A DNA stretch of 38,483 nucleotides, from positions 1-38,483 of IMG/VR virus record IMGVR_UViG_3300044551_000008, one strand, 5' to 3'. Below, in pieces: positions 1-6,351 of the stretch. This DNA is from a virus. The number at the start of each line of letters is the position of its first letter. The stretch's first letter is position 1. A model generated the notes under the pieces. That model had not been told where the DNA came from, did not search any database, and saw nothing but the letters and a program-made list of their open reading frames with translations. A program made the position numbers and the translations under genes.

Positions 1-127
1 CAGGAGGCGGAGATACAGGATGGAATGGTCAATACCCACCAGAAGTCACAACTGATCGTGATAAACGCTACTGGCAAATATGGGCAATGGCAATTGGAGC
101 TGGTTTTTCTAAACAAGCTGCAGCTGC
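1..127. repeat. Terminal overlap, identical to 38357-38483 (circular assembly or terminal redundancy)
   Basis: Base-by-base comparison of the two window ends shows 127/127 identity. Confidence 0.97.
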
Positions 128-956
128 TTTACTCGGAAATGCACAGGGTGAATCTGATGCTAATCCAACGGCTGATGAGGGCGGCGGACGTCCTGGTTTC
201 GGTTATGGTGTTTGGCAATGGACGGATAGTTCTGGCGCTAGCTCTGGACGTGTTTATATGATTAACCTCATGACACGAGCAGGAGTCACTGACAATCCTG
301 ACACAATCACAGCCCAATTCAAGCTCTTGATGTGGCATGCACCAAATGGCCAATGGTTTGCGACAAGCTCTTATCCTTATTCTTGGACTCAATTCATGAC
401 ATTGACCGATATCAATACTGCAACGCAAGCTTTTGTAGCTAACTTTGAGCGTCCCTTAAACGGACACCCTGAACGTAGCACTTGGGCCCAAGAATGGTAT
501 AACAAATTTGTTAATCTTGGAATCCCAAGCGGTGGCGGAGGTTATATTGCTCCAATTTCAAGTCCTATTACCGTAACAAGTGAAATGGGTTGGAGAACGA
601 GTCCAATCACCGGAGCGCAAGAATTTCACAATGCTATGGACTTGGTTAATGGCAATCCAACAACTCCAATCTTAGCTTCTGGCGATGGTCAAGTGGTCCA
701 AGCGGGAAGTAATTATTATGACTGGTATGGAAATTACACGGTCATCAAGCATGCGGATGGACTTTATACAGGGTACGCACATCAAAGCAGAATCGATGTT
801 TCTGTGGGTCAAAATGTTAAAAAGGGCCAACAAATTGGACTTATGGGAGCGACTGGCCCAGTCACTGGCCCACATTTGCACTTCCAATTTATGGACCAAT
901 ACTGGCCATCATCATACGCTCACTTTAAGAATCCAAGGGATTATATCAAATTTTAG
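1..956 (+). CDS. tal: Tail-associated lysin Tal, C-terminal part: lysozyme-like tail-tip domain plus M23 peptidase. It continues the ORF that is open at the window end.
   Basis: The reading frame is continuous with 36370-38483 through the overlap (first full codon at 3). GNAQGESD..FGYGVWQW fits a tail-lysozyme-like domain. HxxxD-like ..HNAMDL.. and GPHLHFQF fit an M23 peptidase signature. Confidence 0.85.
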   Translation, partial: GGGDTGWNGQYPPEVTTDRDKRYWQIWAMAIGAGFSKQAAAALLGNAQGESDANPTADEGGGRPGFGYGVWQWTDSSGASSGRVYMINLMTRAGVTDNPDTITAQFKLLMWHAPNGQWFATSSYPYSWTQFMTLTDINTATQAFVANFERPLNGHPERSTWAQEWYNKFVNLGIPSGGGGYIAPISSPITVTSEMGWRTSPITGAQEFHNAMDLVNGNPTTPILASGDGQVVQAGSNYYDWYGNYTVIKHADGLYTGYAHQSRIDVSVGQNVKKGQQIGLMGATGPVTGPHLHFQFMDQYWPSSYAHFKNPRDYIKF

Positions 957-968
957 AAAGGGTCTATA

Positions 969-1868
969 ATGACAGAACATTTTATAACGCTGTCCACCAC
1001 GGAGCCTAACAACAATGTCGGTATTGTCAAATTAAGACATGCGGACGTGAACAGTCAAGCGATTGTTGCTCAGATTGTAGAGAACGGTCAGCCTAAAAAT
1101 TTTGAGGGCTTACAACCGTTCTTTTGTTTAATGGCACAAGAAATTACAGGTCAAGGGGTATCAGAAGAAAGTGTTGTCTCCTTTGATGCTAAAAATGGAA
1201 CACTGAAATATGTTGCCAGTGATAATGCTTTGCAAATGGTGGGACGAAATGAAGCATATTTTAGCTTTAGAAAACAAGAAGGCGAGCAATGGATTGAGCA
1301 ATTCTCCACTCGGACATTTCACTATATTGTTGAGAAATCCATTTATTCGCAACCCTTCAAAGACTCAAACTATTGGTGGACTTTCAAAGAGCTTTATCGA
1401 ATCTTTAATAAGTATATTGAAGATGGTAAAAATAGCTGGGAACAGTTTGTGGAAGCAAACCGTGAAATTCTAGAATCAATTGATCCTGGTGGAGTTCTTT
1501 TAGCAAAAGTTATTGACATTGAAAAAATTGTTAATGAAAAAGTTCCAGCTGGTTTCAAGTTTGTTCTAGAACATGATTCTGAATATCAACCAGAGGTTAA
1601 AGTGACCTCATATAAAAATGCAATTGGCACTGAAACTGATGGATTTGATTCTGGGCCGGTTTTTGGTGGGGGAACAATCTACAACGTCCCTGTAAGTTTG
1701 AGTTATGACCGACAAAAAGTCTACGTAGAAATGCCTAAATCTTATACGCTGGCTGGAGATATTATTCTAATTGATGATGGAACTTTGTTAGTCATCAAAG
1801 AAACGCAGGTTTTATGCTTTAAAATGTCGGACGCAAAAATAACAAAAGGCTATGTTTTTGTAGCTTAA
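969..1868 (+). CDS. bppU: Upper baseplate protein BppU
   Basis: The 299-aa product MTEHFITLSTTEPNN... matches my recollection of TP901-1 BppU (ORF48, 299 aa) almost along its length. It sits after tal. Confidence 0.85.
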   Translation: MTEHFITLSTTEPNNNVGIVKLRHADVNSQAIVAQIVENGQPKNFEGLQPFFCLMAQEITGQGVSEESVVSFDAKNGTLKYVASDNALQMVGRNEAYFSFRKQEGEQWIEQFSTRTFHYIVEKSIYSQPFKDSNYWWTFKELYRIFNKYIEDGKNSWEQFVEANREILESIDPGGVLLAKVIDIEKIVNEKVPAGFKFVLEHDSEYQPEVKVTSYKNAIGTETDGFDSGPVFGGGTIYNVPVSLSYDRQKVYVEMPKSYTLAGDIILIDDGTLLVIKETQVLCFKMSDAKITKGYVFVA

Positions 1869-1882
1869 AAAAAGGAGAAAAA

Positions 1883-2374
1883 ATGGCTAGTATAAAAAAA
1901 GTATATCGTGGCATGCAAAATGGAGCAGAAACGATTAATGATGATTTGGAAGCAATCAACTCTGAATTAACCAGTGGCGGAAATGTTGTTCATAAAACTG
2001 GTAACGAATCAATTGCTGGTAAAAAGACGTTTACTGGTGACGTTGAAGTAAATGGAAGCTTAACACTTCCAACCAAATCATGGTCTGGAGAACTCGGAGG
2101 TGGGATCACTCTTAGCTTACAGAAGAAAGGGAATACAGTTGAATATGCAATTGGTGGGGAAATAACCTCTAATATTCTTGCAAATTCCGATTTAGTAAAG
2201 CTCAGTGTTCCAAATGAATTTTGTCCCAAATATAGGCGTTCCCTTGTAGGTCATATTACTGGTACTTGGAATGCATTTCATATTGACATTCCATCAAGTG
2301 GAGTATGTCAGTGGTTTGGTCCAACTGCGAACAGTGGTACTCCTCGTGGGACTGGTACATATCCAATAGATTAA
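1883..2374 (+). CDS. bppL: Lower baseplate protein / receptor-binding protein BppL
   Basis: The 163-aa product MASIKKVYRGM..GTGTYPID matches the recalled TP901-1 RBP (ORF49, 163 aa). RBS AAGGAG lies upstream. Confidence 0.85.
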   Translation: MASIKKVYRGMQNGAETINDDLEAINSELTSGGNVVHKTGNESIAGKKTFTGDVEVNGSLTLPTKSWSGELGGGITLSLQKKGNTVEYAIGGEITSNILANSDLVKLSVPNEFCPKYRRSLVGHITGTWNAFHIDIPSSGVCQWFGPTANSGTPRGTGTYPID

Positions 2375-2387
2375 GAAAGCAGGGGGT

Positions 2388-2690
2388 ATGGATGCATTAG
2401 TACATGAAGGGTGGCTTTTTTTCAAACTTGTTATTGATAATTGGGCCGCTCTTCTTATAATTTCTGGTATTTTTGGTTGGATGTATCGAAGAATGACCAA
2501 GAAACAGGAGGAGCAATTAAAAATACTTTTAGTAGTAATTAAACGTGTTGAGCTTGGAGAAGCAATTAACCACGATTATGGCTTACAAATTGTCAGTGGT
2601 ATTTTTGATGAATATACAGCGTTAGGGGGCAATCATTATGCTCACGAAATTTATGAAAGATACAAGGAAGGAAAAGAAAATGATTTTTAA
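2388..2690 (+). CDS. Small membrane protein of the lysis module (function unknown)
   Basis: The N-terminal hydrophobic stretch WAALLIISGIFGWMY looks like a TM segment. RBS GCAGGGGG lies upstream. The gene sits directly before the holin. Confidence 0.5.
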   Translation: MDALVHEGWLFFKLVIDNWAALLIISGIFGWMYRRMTKKQEEQLKILLVVIKRVELGEAINHDYGLQIVSGIFDEYTALGGNHYAHEIYERYKEGKENDF

Positions 2691-2904
2691 CAACAAATTT
2701 TACAACGTTATCAAATGGGCTGTTTTAACAGCCTTGCCAGCACTTAGTGTATTTATTGGAGTAATTGGCAAAGCCTACGGTTGGGGTGGAACTGATTTAG
2801 CTATCATTACTTTGAATGCATTCACGGTATTCTTGGGAACATTGGCTGGAGTAAGTGCGGTTAAATATAACAATCAGCCAAATGATACGGAGGAAAACAA
2901 ATGA
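2680..2904 (+). CDS. Holin (two TM segments)
   Basis: An internal ATG at 2680 follows AAGGAAGG. The 74-aa product has two hydrophobic helices and a charged C-terminus, and its 3' end overlaps the endolysin start by 4 nt (2901-2904). The longer 2638 start has no RBS. Confidence 0.7.
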   Translation: MIFNNKFYNVIKWAVLTALPALSVFIGVIGKAYGWGGTDLAIITLNAFTVFLGTLAGVSAVKYNNQPNDTEENK

Positions 2905-4190
2905 AAAAAGTAATTAAAAAAGCTGCCATTGGAATGGTAGCTTTCTTTGTTGTCGCAGCAAGTGGACCAGTATTTGCGGCAGTCGGTGACCAAGGGGTGG
3001 ACTGGTCAAAATATAATGGAGATTATGGGAACTTTGGTTATGCTCATGATAAATTTGCTTTTAGCCAAATCGGAGGGACTTACGGTGGAACCTTTGTAGA
3101 CCAAGCCACCTATGAAACGCAAGTAGCTTCAGCAATTGCTCAAGGTAAACGAGCGCACACTTATATTTGGTACCAAGTCGGAGGCTCTCAAGAAGTAGCA
3201 AAAGCAGCACTTGATCGTTACTTACCAAGAATTAAAACACCAAAGAATTCTATTGTAGCTTTGGACTATGAAGGTGGAGCAAGTGGAAATAAACAGGCCA
3301 ATACTGATGCGATTCTTTACGGAATGCGTCGAGTAAAAGCGGCTGGATATACTCCAATGTATTATTCAGATAAGCCTTACACTTTGGCTCATGTCAATTA
3401 TAAGCAAATCATCAAAGAGTTTCCTAACTCATTATGGATTGCGGCTTATCCAAATTATGAAGTAACACCAGTTCCAAACTATAGCTTCTTCCCAAGTATG
3501 GACGGAATTTCAGTATTCCAGTTCACATCAACTTATGTTGCTGGCGGACTTGATGGAAATGTTGATTTAACAGGAATCACAGATAATGGATACGGAAAAC
3601 AGCAAGGCCAAGAAGTTAAACCCGATACTGCTACACCGGCCATTGAAAATGGTAAAGAAGCCAATGAAGTTAAAGGAAACGATGTAGAAGTTGGAATGAC
3701 GGTTAAAGTAAACTTTGGCGCTAAGAATTATGCCACAGGAGAAACAATTCCTCAATGGGTAAAAGGTCAACCACATAAAATCATCCAGAAGAATGGAGAT
3801 ACTGTCTTGCTTGATGGTATTATGAGCTGGTTATCCGTTCATGATGTGGAAACTATTGATGCTTCTACAAGCCAGCCAACGACACCCGCAAAAAGTTATA
3901 TTGTAAAACAAGGTGATACACTTAGTGGGATTGCTTCAAATTGGGGCACAAACTGGCAAGAATTAGCACGTCAGAACAATTTATCCAATCCTAATATGAT
4001 TTACTCTGGTCAGGTTATCCGCTTCACAGGCGGTCAATCTGGGGCTACAGCACGAACTTACACCGTACGCTCAGGCGATAATCTTTCATCAATTGCCAGT
4101 CGCTTGGGAACAACAGTTCAAAACTTAGTTTCAATGAATGGTATTTCAAACCCTAATTTGATTTATGCTGGTCAAACATTAAACTATTAA
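2901..4190 (+). CDS. lys: Endolysin: Sec-type signal peptide + GH25-like muramidase + SH3-like linker + 2x LysM
   Basis: The N-terminus [26 protein letters not shown]|AV looks like a signal peptide. [17 protein letters not shown] fits GH25. Two LysM repeats are present ([13 protein letters not shown].., [13 protein letters not shown]..). Confidence 0.85.
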   Translation: MKKVIKKAAIGMVAFFVVAASGPVFAAVGDQGVDWSKYNGDYGNFGYAHDKFAFSQIGGTYGGTFVDQATYETQVASAIAQGKRAHTYIWYQVGGSQEVAKAALDRYLPRIKTPKNSIVALDYEGGASGNKQANTDAILYGMRRVKAAGYTPMYYSDKPYTLAHVNYKQIIKEFPNSLWIAAYPNYEVTPVPNYSFFPSMDGISVFQFTSTYVAGGLDGNVDLTGITDNGYGKQQGQEVKPDTATPAIENGKEANEVKGNDVEVGMTVKVNFGAKNYATGETIPQWVKGQPHKIIQKNGDTVLLDGIMSWLSVHDVETIDASTSQPTTPAKSYIVKQGDTLSGIASNWGTNWQELARQNNLSNPNMIYSGQVIRFTGGQSGATARTYTVRSGDNLSSIASRLGTTVQNLVSMNGISNPNLIYAGQTLNY

Positions 4191-4196
4191 AATTAA

Positions 4197-4221
4197 ACCC
4201 CGCTTCGGCGGGTATTTTTTT
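4197..4221 (+). terminator. Intrinsic terminator after the endolysin
   Basis: Stem CCCCGC/GCGGGG with a TTCG loop (4199-4212), followed by a T7 run. Confidence 0.8.
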
Positions 4222-4231
4222 CTAATATTTA

Positions 4232-4240
4232 TGCTATAAT
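4232..4240 (+). promoter_or_regulatory. Extended -10 promoter TGCTATAAT driving a leaderless operon
   Basis: TGnTATAAT is present. The -10 ends 9 nt before the ATG at 4250, and there is no SD between them. Confidence 0.55.
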
Positions 4241-4249
4241 AACTTTAGT

Positions 4250-4771
4250 ATGAAAGAGAAAACCACTTTATATCATGTTAATACACATGCTAAGGTTAAT
4301 AATTTAATTGATAATAATGAGTTGAATATCAGTGTACATGAATCGGATAATCAATATACAGGAACTGGTATGTATTTTTGGGATAATAAGGGGAATGCGA
4401 ATTATTGGTTAGGTGAGAAGCTGAAACACGAAAGTAAGAAGAACCTATGTCTTTTAGTTATATCTGCTGAATATTCTACAGATGAATTATTAGATTTGAT
4501 GGATTATGCTCAGGAAAAAGAGTATCAAAATATTTTATCAAGGTTGTCAAAAATAGGTGTGTTCAGTGGTAAAACTCTTGGAGAAAAAGTAGATTATTTA
4601 TGTGACTATTTAGGATGTAAGCTTGTTAGATCCTTGACATACTATCCAGGTACCCCGCAGACGAATTTATTAGAACAGAGTAGAGTAACAAACAAGTCTA
4701 AGGTTATCTATTGTATAAAGCCTGGTCATTATGATATAATCAAGTCAAAGCATAAGGAGGTGTTTCAGTGA
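4250..4771 (+). CDS. Hypothetical 173-aa protein; possible ADP-ribosyltransferase-fold (PARP/DarT/Tpt1/DUF3990-like) candidate toxin
   Basis: Long ORF in the moron slot. The N-terminal TLYHVNT, then ISVHES and GTGMYFWD, resemble the beta1/beta2 motifs of H-Y-E / H-H-h ART enzymes. This is motif reading only. Confidence 0.6.
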   Translation: MKEKTTLYHVNTHAKVNNLIDNNELNISVHESDNQYTGTGMYFWDNKGNANYWLGEKLKHESKKNLCLLVISAEYSTDELLDLMDYAQEKEYQNILSRLSKIGVFSGKTLGEKVDYLCDYLGCKLVRSLTYYPGTPQTNLLEQSRVTNKSKVIYCIKPGHYDIIKSKHKEVFQ

Positions 4772-5034
4772 TGGACATGTTAACTAAATTGAAAATGCTA
4801 TCTGCTCAGTTAGACAATCCAAGCTTTGCTAAGGAATTCTCTGAAGGTTTTGAAGAGTTCCTAGGCGATAAATATGTGAGTGAATTTGATAAGACTATAT
4901 CTTTTGAAGTCGTGTGTAATTTTGATGACACATTTTCAAATGATGAAGATGTAAAAAACAAGGCAGGCCTTTTTGAACCTAAGCCACTTGTATTTTCCAA
5001 CATGTTTGATATCGAGATTGTTGAAGCTGCTTGA
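4771..5034 (+). CDS. Small acidic protein (87 aa from ATG 4771); candidate antitoxin/partner
   Basis: AAGGAGG lies 10 nt upstream of ATG 4771. The start overlaps the upstream stop (GTGATG), which suggests translational coupling. The product is rich in D/E with a hydrophobic C-terminal tail LVFSNMFDIEIV. Confidence 0.6.
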   Translation: MDMLTKLKMLSAQLDNPSFAKEFSEGFEEFLGDKYVSEFDKTISFEVVCNFDDTFSNDEDVKNKAGLFEPKPLVFSNMFDIEIVEAA

Positions 5035-5057
5035 TATAAGAATTATAGAGAGAAAAA

Positions 5058-5471
5058 ATGGAAGCTCCAGTTATTGAATTTAAAAGTTATGAAATAAAAA
5101 AAATAAATTATGTTCTTCTTACAGAAGAGGAAGGTGAAAAAGCCAAAATGAAGTTTTTGGTATCGGGCGCTTTATCTGATGATGCAGAAGCTGGCATAGT
5201 AACATTAGACATAAGTCTTCCGCAAAAAGAACAGAAGAGAAAAATCGACGTTATTCTTTCTGGATACTTTAGATTCAGAGAAGATTTGACATCAAACGAA
5301 GAAAAACATCAATATTTAAGCGTTAATGGGACTGCTATCTTGTTGCCTTACCTTAGAGCGACAGTATCAATGATATCAGTGTTAGATAAAAATGAAGCAA
5401 TAGTTTTTCCAACATTGAATATTGCAGAACTCATGAAAAAGTCTAAAGAAAATGGTGAAGATGAAAATTAG
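5058..5471 (+). CDS. SecB-like chaperone (137 aa)
   Basis: VNGTAILLPYLRATVSMISVL..FPTLNIAELM aligns by eye with the SecB hallmark [35 protein letters not shown]. The tail is acidic, as in SecB. Confidence 0.6.
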   Translation: MEAPVIEFKSYEIKKINYVLLTEEEGEKAKMKFLVSGALSDDAEAGIVTLDISLPQKEQKRKIDVILSGYFRFREDLTSNEEKHQYLSVNGTAILLPYLRATVSMISVLDKNEAIVFPTLNIAELMKKSKENGEDEN

Positions 5472-5477
5472 ATAATT

Positions 5478-5500
5478 CGCCCTCCGGGGCGTTTTTCTTT
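5478..5500 (+). terminator. Intrinsic terminator of the three-gene operon
   Basis: Stem CGCCC/GGGCG with a TCCG loop (5478-5491), then TTTTTCTTT. Confidence 0.8.
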
Positions 5501-5517
5501 GTACTCGTTAGGAAGTT

Positions 5518-5569
5518 TGCTATAATTAAACTTCTAACACTGATCCCCCTTAATTGGGGGTCTTTTTTT
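5518..5569 (+). ncRNA. Mini-cassette 1: promoter + ~37-nt hairpin RNA + terminator (candidate sRNA)
   Basis: TGCTATAAT at 5518-5526. Hairpin at 5542-5562 (CCCCC/GGGGG, loop TTAATT). T7 run at 5563-5569. No ORF. Confidence 0.4.
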
Positions 5570-5603
5570 GTTAACAAATGTTACTTCGTCATTTTATTGA
5601 TGT

Positions 5604-5705
5604 TGTTATAATAATGGAATCATGAATGCTATTCCAATTACAAATACAAATAGCTAAGTGTTTATGAAGAGATAAAGCGCCCTTTTCCAAAGCGAGGGCG
5701 TTTTT
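5604..5705 (+). ncRNA. Mini-cassette 2 (candidate ~85-nt sRNA)
   Basis: TGTTATAAT at 5604-5612. Internal hairpin TGGAAT/ATTCCA at 5615-5636. Terminator CGCCC..GGGCG at 5678-5700 plus T5. Confidence 0.4.
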
Positions 5706-5727
5706 CTTTACAACGGAAACAGTAAAT

Positions 5728-5806
5728 TGTATAATAATTTTATCCTTTTACATAAGGTTATAAATAACTCCGAGAACATCGTTTTGACTAAGTGACGGTG
5801 TTTTTT
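5728..5806 (+). ncRNA. Mini-cassette 3 (candidate ~65-nt sRNA)
   Basis: TTGTATAAT with TATAAT at 5730-5735. Hairpin at 5741-5760. Terminator stem at 5775-5802 plus T6. Confidence 0.4.
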
Positions 5807-5831
5807 ATTTGAAAACGAATACAAAAAGTAG

Positions 5832-5888
5832 TATAATGAATTCATCTTACCTATATAAGATAACGTCTGCCCTTAAACAGGGCTTTTT
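5832..5888 (+). ncRNA. Mini-cassette 4 (candidate ~45-nt sRNA)
   Basis: TATAAT at 5832-5837. Perfect hairpin ATCTTA/TAAGAT at 5844-5861. GCCC/GGGC hairpin at 5869-5883 plus T5. Confidence 0.35.
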
Positions 5889-5933
5889 GTTCTAGTTAAG
5901 GAAGTAGATATATACTATATTTACCCAAAAATA

Positions 5934-5991
5934 TATAATTTTTCATAAAGTTTACTCCGAGCGTCCCTCTCCTAACTGGGGCGATTTTTTT
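5934..5991 (+). ncRNA. Mini-cassette 5 (candidate sRNA; weakest promoter)
   Basis: TATAAT at 5934-5939 without a TG. Terminator at 5962-5983 plus T7. It shares ACTCCGAG before its terminator with cassette 3. Confidence 0.3.
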
Positions 5992-5992
5992 A

Positions 5993-6070
5993 TGCTATAA
6001 TATAGTCGGGATGTTTGTGAGATTTCATCCTATTCCTAGAGTCAAGCCATTCTTCGGAGTGGCTTTTTTT
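5993..6070 (+). ncRNA. Mini-cassette 6 (candidate ~63-nt sRNA)
   Basis: TGCTATAAT at 5993-6001. Hairpin GGATG/CATCC at 6009-6030. Terminator at 6045-6064 with a C(UUCG)G tetraloop plus T7. Confidence 0.4.
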
Positions 6071-6085
6071 ATTTATTAAAAAAGT

Positions 6086-6204
6086 TGTATAATAGTTTTA
6101 GTGGATGAGAAAAACATTCATTTACAAACACTTGATAATCTGCAGTTCCGTCCACATATATCTAATATAATAATCAAGATATGTGCTGCAGATTGTCATA
6201 TTTT
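6086..6204 (+). ncRNA. Mini-cassette 7: promoter + leader containing a long inverted repeat, reading into the tRNA-like element
   Basis: TGTATAAT at 6086-6093. A 12-bp inverted repeat lies at 6134-6145/6186-6197. There is no strong terminator before 6205. Confidence 0.35.
6134..6197. repeat. Inverted repeat GATAATCTGCAG ... CTGCAGATTGTC with inner CACATAT/ATATGTG arms
   Basis: 12 bp pair (one G-T) around a 40-nt interior that has a second 7-bp stem. The loop contains TATAAT (6166-6171). Confidence 0.75.
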
Positions 6205-6265
6205 GGTTCTTTAGCTCAGTTGGTAGCTAACCGTTCGGTCGCTGGTTCGAGTCCAGCAAGAACCA
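6205..6265 (+). ncRNA. tRNA-like element (61 nt) with perfect acceptor stem and T-arm, partial D-arm, and no anticodon arm
   Basis: GGTTCTT/AAGAACC forms a 7-bp acceptor stem. TAGCTCAGTTGGTAG is a D-arm consensus. GCTGG-TTCGAGT-CCAGC is a T-arm. Only about 11 nt (ACC-GUUC-GGU mini-hairpin) stand where 22-23 nt would be expected. Confidence 0.7.
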
Positions 6266-6278
6266 TAAATAAAATGTA

Positions 6279-6312
6279 TATAATAGTAGAAACTCCTTAA
6301 AAGGAGTTTTTT
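6279..6312 (+). terminator. Mini-cassette 8 / terminator hairpin abutting attP
   Basis: TATAAT at 6279-6284, then stem AACTCCTT/AAGGAGTT at 6291-6308 plus a T run. The resulting transcript would be little more than the hairpin. Confidence 0.5.
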
Positions 6313-6351
6313 AGTTACCTTAATTGAAATAAACGAAATAAAAACTCGCAA
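6296..6351. other. attP: attP of the TP901-1 serine integrase (core TCAATTAAGGTAA on the - strand at 6315-6327)
   Basis: AAAGGAGTTTTTTAGTTACCTTAATTGAAATAAACGAAATAAAAACTCGC matches my recollection of the minimal TP901-1 attP. It lies immediately 3' of int. Confidence 0.8.

Noticed and set aside
25-969. ORFs 25-261, 129-428 (-), 672-899 (-) and 685-969 inside the Tal C-terminal region, and the ATG at 87 as a gene start.
   Set aside because: The M23/lysozyme frame is continuous with the open ORF at the window end, so 87 is an internal Met. The others are shadow ORFs.
5828-5841. A 14-nt identity, GTAGTATAATGAAT, between cassette 4 and the - strand promoter of cassette A (21578-21591). Also the shared GGGCGTTTTTCTTT in the terminators at about 5487 and about 5696.
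   Set aside because: These are short AT-rich strings dominated by promoter or terminator consensus. They are not long enough to claim common ancestry without statistics that I cannot compute here.
5501-6312. Possible CRISPR array or CRISPR-repeat mimic in the mini-cassette region. It includes the 8-mer ACGGAAAC at 5713-5720, which equals the type III crRNA 5' tag of S. thermophilus as I remember it.
   Set aside because: There is no repeated unit of constant length or sequence, and no spacer/repeat periodicity. A single 8-mer match in a 38-kb AT-rich genome is compatible with chance. The region is kept only as an sRNA-cassette array.
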